Assembly (NCBI GenBank): GCA_050013255.1
Contig: JBEKFP010000002.1
Span: 96,001-160,000 of the forward strand
From: Candidatus Bathyarchaeia archaeon
Lineage (GTDB): Archaea; Thermoproteota; Bathyarchaeia; 40CM-2-53-6
Direction: 5' to 3'
DNA length: 64,000 nucleotides
Under the pieces are notes generated by a model. It did no database searches and was not told where the DNA came from. It saw only the letters and a program-made list of their open reading frames with translations. The first letter of the stretch is position 1; each line of letters starts with the position of its first letter. A program made the translations under genes and the position numbers. This document shows, in pieces, positions 58,900 to 64,000 of this stretch.

Positions 58900-61509
58900 T
58901 TAGAATTTACAGACCTTGTAGAAGAATACCTTCCCCGCGTCCACGAGAAGAAGATAGGTGGCTACCATTAGCACTAGCAACACCCAAAATTCAGCTGGAA
59001 GAGGCACGAACCCAAGAAAATGACCTAGAAATGTGAAAGGAAGGATCGTCCCAAAAGCCACGGCTGATAATGTCAGAATCGTCAGCCACTTACCGGGCTT
59101 ACTCGTAATGAAAGGTATTCTTCTAGTTCGTATTACGAAGATAACGAGGACCTCGGTCCAGAATGATTCGACAAACCATCCGGTTTGGAATAGAGCGGGG
59201 GCTGCGCCAAATATGAAGAGCATTATGCCGTAGGTTAGGAAGTCGTAGAGAGAACTAAACGGCCCGAAGAATAGCGTGAACTTTCTGACGAAATCGATGT
59301 CCCATCGCTTTGGCAAGTCCTTGTATTCGACGTCAATTTCGTCTGTTGGCAGTGTCATGTTTGCGACATCGTAGAGTAGGTTCATGAACAGGATTTGCAT
59401 TGGAAGCATTGGGAGGAACGGGAGAAACAAAGAAGCCCCCGCGGCGCTGAACATGTTCCCGAAGTTTGAGCTTGTTCCCATCAGAATGTACTTTGTAACG
59501 TTGCCGTAGACCTTCCGCCCTTCTTCGATTCCGTTAGCCAAGACAAGTAGGTCCTTGTCGAGCAGAACGATATCAGCCGTATCTTTTGAAACGTCAACTG
59601 CTGAGTCGACTGATATGCCGACATCCGATTCAAACAGAGCTGGGGCATCGTTGACACCGTCACCCATGAAACCAACAACGTGCTTGTTGACTTTGAGGGC
59701 CTTGATTATGTCGAGCTTCTGCTCGGGAGTTATGCGCGCAAAGATGTTTGCCTCTTCGACTGCCGTCCTTATTTCATTGGATGTCATCTGTGTTAATTCG
59801 GAACCCCGAATCACGCGGTATACCGTAAGTCCTAGCTCTTGACAAACTTTCACGGCGACTAGTTCGTTGTCGCCCGTTAGAATCTTCACGTCAACGCCCA
59901 TTAGTTTTAGTTTGTTCAGTGCTTGGCGGGCGTCTTCTTTCGGCGGGTCGGTGAACGTAATGAAACCTAGAAGAGTGAGTTTGTTTTCTTCATCAACCGA
60001 ATAAGAACTCTTGTTTTCCACAGAGCGGTAGGCCAGAGCGATGGTGCGGTAGCCAGCCTCGGCTTGCTCCGTCAACTTCGGTTCAATCTGAACACGCATG
60101 TGGTCTATGGGTTCGATTCCATTGGGTGTTTCGACTTGCTCGCATCTCGCAAGAACAGATTCTGGCGCTCCCTTAGTAATTAGTAACCTTCCTACTTTGG
60201 TCTGGACCACTGCGGACATCATCCGTCTTTGATAGTCAAATGGGATTTCGTCGATTACAACGTTTGAGTCTGAGTCCTTATGGAATCCCTTTTCGTTCGC
60301 AAATTCCCAGATAGCAGCATCCATTGGGTTGCCTGTAACTTCTCCCAACCCAACCACAGCGCTGTTGCAAAGTAAACCATATTGCAAAATGCGGAGTTCA
60401 GCGGCTCCGAGCGGAGTCCAATAGTCTTTCACGCTGATCTTTCCACTGGTTAGCGTGCCAGTTTTGTCTGTGCATAGAACGTCCATGTTGCCAAAGTCTT
60501 CAATCGACACCTGACGTTTGACGACAACTCTGCGTTTTGCCATATTCCGTGCCGCTTGTGAGAGGCTAATTGTCACAATTGCAGGCATCAGTTCTGGGAC
60601 TAAGCCTACTGCTACTGCCAGCGAGAACAGGAGAGATTCAATAATGGGGTGCCCGATTAGCGCATTTAGGGTGAATATTCCGACGACTAAGGCCAGAGTA
60701 AGAGAGATTAGTAAGTTGCCGTATTTTCGGACGCCTCTTTGGAATTCGGTCTCTGGCCGTGTTCGGGCTAGGCTCCTAGAGATTGATCCAAATTCAGTAT
60801 GTTTTCCTGTTGCTACAACTACACCGCGACCGGTACCATGCGAAACCACCGTGCCCATGAACATGTAGTTAGCTAACTGCTGTGGTGTAGGATTCTGAAC
60901 TTGAAGCGTGGCAAAGTTTTTCTCAACTGGAAAGGACTCCCCTGTTAATACTGCTTCATTGACCTCCAAGTCCTTACAGTCGACTAGTCGTATGTCAGAC
61001 GGGATAATGTCCCCCACGTAGACCGAAACCAAATCGCCTGGAACGAGCAACTTAGAGTCAATTTGTGTCGCTTTTCTATCTCTTATCGCTACCGCCTTCA
61101 GCGACACGGTCTGTCGGAGATGCTCGATGATTTTCTCAGCTTTGTATTCATTATAGAAACCTAACACGACGCTTAGGGCGATAATCGCTACAATGGCAAT
61201 GGATTGTTCGAGTTCGAAGAATCCGGCCACCACTGCGGCGACCAGGAGTATGAAGAGTAACGGGTTCTTGACTTGTCGGATGAGAATCCTCATTGCGCTG
61301 AATGCGTGAGTTGGTAACTCATTAAGGCCGTAAGTCTTGAGCCGAGCCTGAGCTTCCTGTTCTGATAAGCCATTTACACTTGTTTCGAGCTCTCTAAAGA
61401 CGTCTGAAGGTGGGATGGACCAATAGTCCTTGCGGTTGCTCGTCGTTTGCGTATTCGTGTCGGACGTGGCATCCCCACCAGCTGTCCAGCCAGCCGACAC
61501 AGGGGCCAT
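58900..61509 (-). CDS. mgtA: Mg2+-translocating P-type ATPase
   Basis: TGES, AVGLVPELMP, IEDFGNMDVLCTDKTGTLT, PFDYQRR, TGDN, GDGVND, SSNFGNMFS, FQTGWFVES. Confidence 0.92.
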   Translation of the reverse strand: MAPVSAGWTAGGDATSDTNTQTTSNRKDYWSIPPSDVFRELETSVNGLSEQEAQARLKTYGLNELPTHAFSAMRILIRQVKNPLLFILLVAAVVAGFFELEQSIAIVAIIALSVVLGFYNEYKAEKIIEHLRQTVSLKAVAIRDRKATQIDSKLLVPGDLVSVYVGDIIPSDIRLVDCKDLEVNEAVLTGESFPVEKNFATLQVQNPTPQQLANYMFMGTVVSHGTGRGVVVATGKHTEFGSISRSLARTRPETEFQRGVRKYGNLLISLTLALVVGIFTLNALIGHPIIESLLFSLAVAVGLVPELMPAIVTISLSQAARNMAKRRVVVKRQVSIEDFGNMDVLCTDKTGTLTSGKISVKDYWTPLGAAELRILQYGLLCNSAVVGLGEVTGNPMDAAIWEFANEKGFHKDSDSNVVIDEIPFDYQRRMMSAVVQTKVGRLLITKGAPESVLARCEQVETPNGIEPIDHMRVQIEPKLTEQAEAGYRTIALAYRSVENKSSYSVDEENKLTLLGFITFTDPPKEDARQALNKLKLMGVDVKILTGDNELVAVKVCQELGLTVYRVIRGSELTQMTSNEIRTAVEEANIFARITPEQKLDIIKALKVNKHVVGFMGDGVNDAPALFESDVGISVDSAVDVSKDTADIVLLDKDLLVLANGIEEGRKVYGNVTKYILMGTSSNFGNMFSAAGASLFLPFLPMLPMQILFMNLLYDVANMTLPTDEIDVEYKDLPKRWDIDFVRKFTLFFGPFSSLYDFLTYGIMLFIFGAAPALFQTGWFVESFWTEVLVIFVIRTRRIPFITSKPGKWLTILTLSAVAFGTILPFTFLGHFLGFVPLPAEFWVLLVLMVATYLLLVDAGKVFFYKVCKF

Positions 61510-62328
61510 TTAGGGGTTTTGCAGCTTTTTCGCGCCTGAACTGCTGGTATGATTCAAGACCGGTTCTTCCCTGACCTCAAATGCGTCGACCATCGGATAG
61601 GCTGTTTTCACGGCCTTTTCGAGTTTGTGAGAAATCTCATGTGCCTGCTTGATCGACATAGCCGGGTCAAACTTGCAGTGTAGGAATGCATACAGGTTAT
61701 TCCCGCTGCGTCGGATTTTTACTCCATGTACCGCCTTGATTTCCGGGAACAGTTTCGCTGCGTCCTCTATAAACCATCTTAACTCTGAGCCGCGCCCCTC
61801 GAGCTCTCTGCTTAGGAGATCTGATGCTTGTTCCATGTGAACTATTACTTCGTGAATATCCGGGTCCGCAACCCTCAATCTTCTTTCAACTTCCGTGGCG
61901 ATCTCATGTGCTTGTTTCACCGTGATATGCGCGCTCACCTCGAGGCGGAGGTCAACAGAAAACCTTCCGCCTATCTTCTGAATGTGGACATTGTGGACGC
62001 CTCTTGAGCCTGGTACTTTTTCCGCAATTTCTGTCACGAGAGTGGCGATTCCGGTTCTCGTGTGGCCAATGGGTTCCGTCTGGATGGTAATTCGTGCAAT
62101 TCGTTGCGCCTTGCTTCTTATTGTCCTCTCGATAATTGAGATAATTCTGTGGACCTCATCGAAGGTTAAACTGCTTTCGAGGAAGACGTGTGCGCTGATG
62201 TCAAGCCTCTTACCCGTCACGCGTACGCTGACTTGGCGGCAACCCCTTACTTCAGGGACCGCTTCAATCGTGTCCTTGATGCGATTAGAAATCTCCTTGG
62301 ATGAACGTTCCAACAATGGGATGGGCAT
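61510..62328 (-). CDS. Soluble protein of three tandem CDF (cation efflux) C-terminal dimerisation domains
   Basis: Three ~85-aa repeats: LTFDEVHRII..IQTEP, ITVKQAHEIA..IVHMEQ, MSIKQAHEIS..VREEP; no TM segment. Confidence 0.75.
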   Translation of the reverse strand: MPIPLLERSSKEISNRIKDTIEAVPEVRGCRQVSVRVTGKRLDISAHVFLESSLTFDEVHRIISIIERTIRSKAQRIARITIQTEPIGHTRTGIATLVTEIAEKVPGSRGVHNVHIQKIGGRFSVDLRLEVSAHITVKQAHEIATEVERRLRVADPDIHEVIVHMEQASDLLSRELEGRGSELRWFIEDAAKLFPEIKAVHGVKIRRSGNNLYAFLHCKFDPAMSIKQAHEISHKLEKAVKTAYPMVDAFEVREEPVLNHTSSSGAKKLQNP

Positions 62329-62417
62329 TGCTCATTCCGACTGCGAAAAACTTGAGGCATACGTGTCATAAAAGCGACTCGTCCGGTTTCCACGTCTCCC
62401 GGGTTGAATTGATGTTT

Positions 62418-63317
62418 TTAGAGTTGAGCTTTGCGGCATTCTGGACAGAAACCCTCTGAGTCGCTCAGAAGCGCTCCACAGAACTTGCATTTCACGTAGC
62501 TCTGCTTTTCTTTGGAAGGCCTGTACGCTACTTTTCCCCCTCTTTCGTATCTCTTCCCAAAGAATACGGCGAGTTCGAGCAGAATGGCCATCGGAATGAA
62601 CAATGCCAAGTCGGCTATTGGGCCACCATCTGGAGTGACCACTGCAGTAACGATATAGAGAGCGGCGTAGATGTAGCGGCGGCGTGTGGTCACATAACTC
62701 GTCTTAATGATCCCGAACTTGACGAGGAGAACAAAGAAGACTGGGAGCGTGAAGGAGAAACCTGCTGACAGAGTCGTAACGAATACCATATTGTAGAAGT
62801 CCATCACGTAGATTATCGGCGAAGCGCCTGCTAGTCTGAAGAAAGGCAACTGGGCCCAAAGTATGAATGGTGCCAGAATCTTGTAGCCGAATGCTACTCC
62901 AAGAACGAACAGAAGCGTGAAAGAAACCATGAAGGGGTATATTGCCTTTCGTTCTTCAGGGTAGAGGGCAGGGTCGATGTACCTGAATACCTCATAGGCA
63001 ATCACAGGAGCACTGACAGCTACGCCGAGCAACACGGATCCGGTGAAGTAGATTACCAGAGGTGCTGTGATTTCTCCAGCGATAAGTTGAATCCCGGTGG
63101 GAAGTACGTCTTTGACAATCTGACGGAGAACAAGTGCGATTAGCGGGTCGTAAAACGCGAAAGGGTCTTTGAGAAAAGATGGGTTTGCGGGGAAAACCAT
63201 GAATATCGTTGTTGCTATGAAGAGCGAATACAGCACTATTTTCAGTCTGGAGGCTAGCTCGGAAAGGTGCTCAGAAAGTGTACCACCCTTTTCTGGTTCG
63301 ACTACTTTTGCATTCAT
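62418..63317 (-). CDS. tatC: Twin-arginine translocase subunit TatC with C-terminal zinc ribbon
   Basis: EHLSELASRL, PALYPEE, FTLP, TPDG; tail CKFCG..FCPEC. Confidence 0.92.
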   Translation of the reverse strand: MNAKVVEPEKGGTLSEHLSELASRLKIVLYSLFIATTIFMVFPANPSFLKDPFAFYDPLIALVLRQIVKDVLPTGIQLIAGEITAPLVIYFTGSVLLGVAVSAPVIAYEVFRYIDPALYPEERKAIYPFMVSFTLLFVLGVAFGYKILAPFILWAQLPFFRLAGASPIIYVMDFYNMVFVTTLSAGFSFTLPVFFVLLVKFGIIKTSYVTTRRRYIYAALYIVTAVVTPDGGPIADLALFIPMAILLELAVFFGKRYERGGKVAYRPSKEKQSYVKCKFCGALLSDSEGFCPECRKAQL

Positions 63318-63406
63318 AGAGAAAACCGTCCGAGTGCTTAGCTAGGCTTAACTTCGTTATACCCTCGCCCAACCTTTCGCGTACTTCGTGGATGACTAAA
63401 TCGGGT

Positions 63407-63688
63407 TTACTTCTTCGCCGTTCGTTCCGCAATTTCCTTGGCAATTTCTTCCTTGGTCTTTCCTTCAGTAGTGATTCCCAAGTTCTTTGCGGCAGTTATG
63501 AGAGGATCGGAACTGGGCTCAGTGGTGCTCGAGGCCGTCGATGATGATACTTCCTTCGCCGCTTTCTCAAACTCTTTCTTGGCGAGTCCTATCGACCTTG
63601 CCAGCTCCGGCAGTTTCTGTGGTCCCCAGAGGAAGACTACAAGGAGAATGCCAACTACAATTAGCCACTCATAACCGATTAGGGCCAA
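63407..63688 (-). CDS. tatA: Twin-arginine translocase subunit TatA
   Basis: GYEWLIV..LWGPQKLPELARSIG.AKKEFEKA. Confidence 0.93.
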   Translation of the reverse strand: MALIGYEWLIVVGILLVVFLWGPQKLPELARSIGLAKKEFEKAAKEVSSSTASSTTEPSSDPLITAAKNLGITTEGKTKEEIAKEIAERTAKK

Positions 63689-64000
63689 TGATTCTCACAT
63701 CGCAAACATGCGTTCAGGACAATATAAGAGTGCTGAACGAAATGCAAACAGTTTCAATATTTCTGGACGACAGATTCTGCGGAATACCTTTAAGCCACGA
63801 AAGTTCGCCGAGTAAGAAATCTCTTTGAACGGTGGCCAAGAGGTGAACTGGGACGTTTGTTGGCGGAATCCGGCTGCGTCCACTATATTTCATCCTGCCA
63901 ACTCTTCCTTTGGGAATAGTGCTCCTAATCCGAATCCCAGTGTTTGGCCCAACCCTCAACGAAATCTTCGCCTATCAACTGACGGCCGGGCTCTTTCAGC

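Noticed and set aside
63695-64000. ORFs upstream of tatA and a possible 3' end of a minus-strand gene (..EGWAKHWDSD*)
   Set aside because: Too short and truncated by the window edge to support a call.

Overview
Archaeal genomic DNA of roughly balanced GC (estimated by eye). An RNA polymerase subunit P gene, cofE, TATA-like promoters and very frequent TTG starts point to a TACK archaeon, most plausibly Bathyarchaeia (inference). Positions 1-50 kb are one large surface-glycan biosynthesis locus: nucleotide-sugar dehydrogenases, epimerases and aminotransferases, six GT4, two GT2 and five GT-C-type membrane glycosyltransferases, two flippases, a Wzm/Wzt ABC exporter, AsnB, an acyltransferase, a FemAB-like GNAT, a deacetylase, a pyruvyl transferase, a radical SAM/SPASM enzyme and eight SAM-methyltransferases. 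A VapBC module sits at its right edge. After it come housekeeping genes: cofE, two tandem K+-independent membrane pyrophosphatases, an aminotransferase, rpoP, an MgtA operon, tatC and tatA. Most notable: (1) a stand-alone borosin-type (OphMA/SonM-like) amide N-methyltransferase homolog with no visible precursor peptide, inside a glycan cluster and next to a QueC-like PP-loop/Zn protein; (2) a duplicated module of a paralogous membrane micro-protein followed by a GT4; (3) about eight decayed gene fragments in the intergenic spaces, seven matching intact resident genes, suggesting repeated cassette replacement; (4) two hppA genes of different subtypes sharing a promoter core and a palindrome; (5) a soluble protein of three CDF C-terminal domains heading the mgtA operon. 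No tRNA, rRNA, CRISPR array or transposase was seen. All homology calls were made by eye from remembered motifs.
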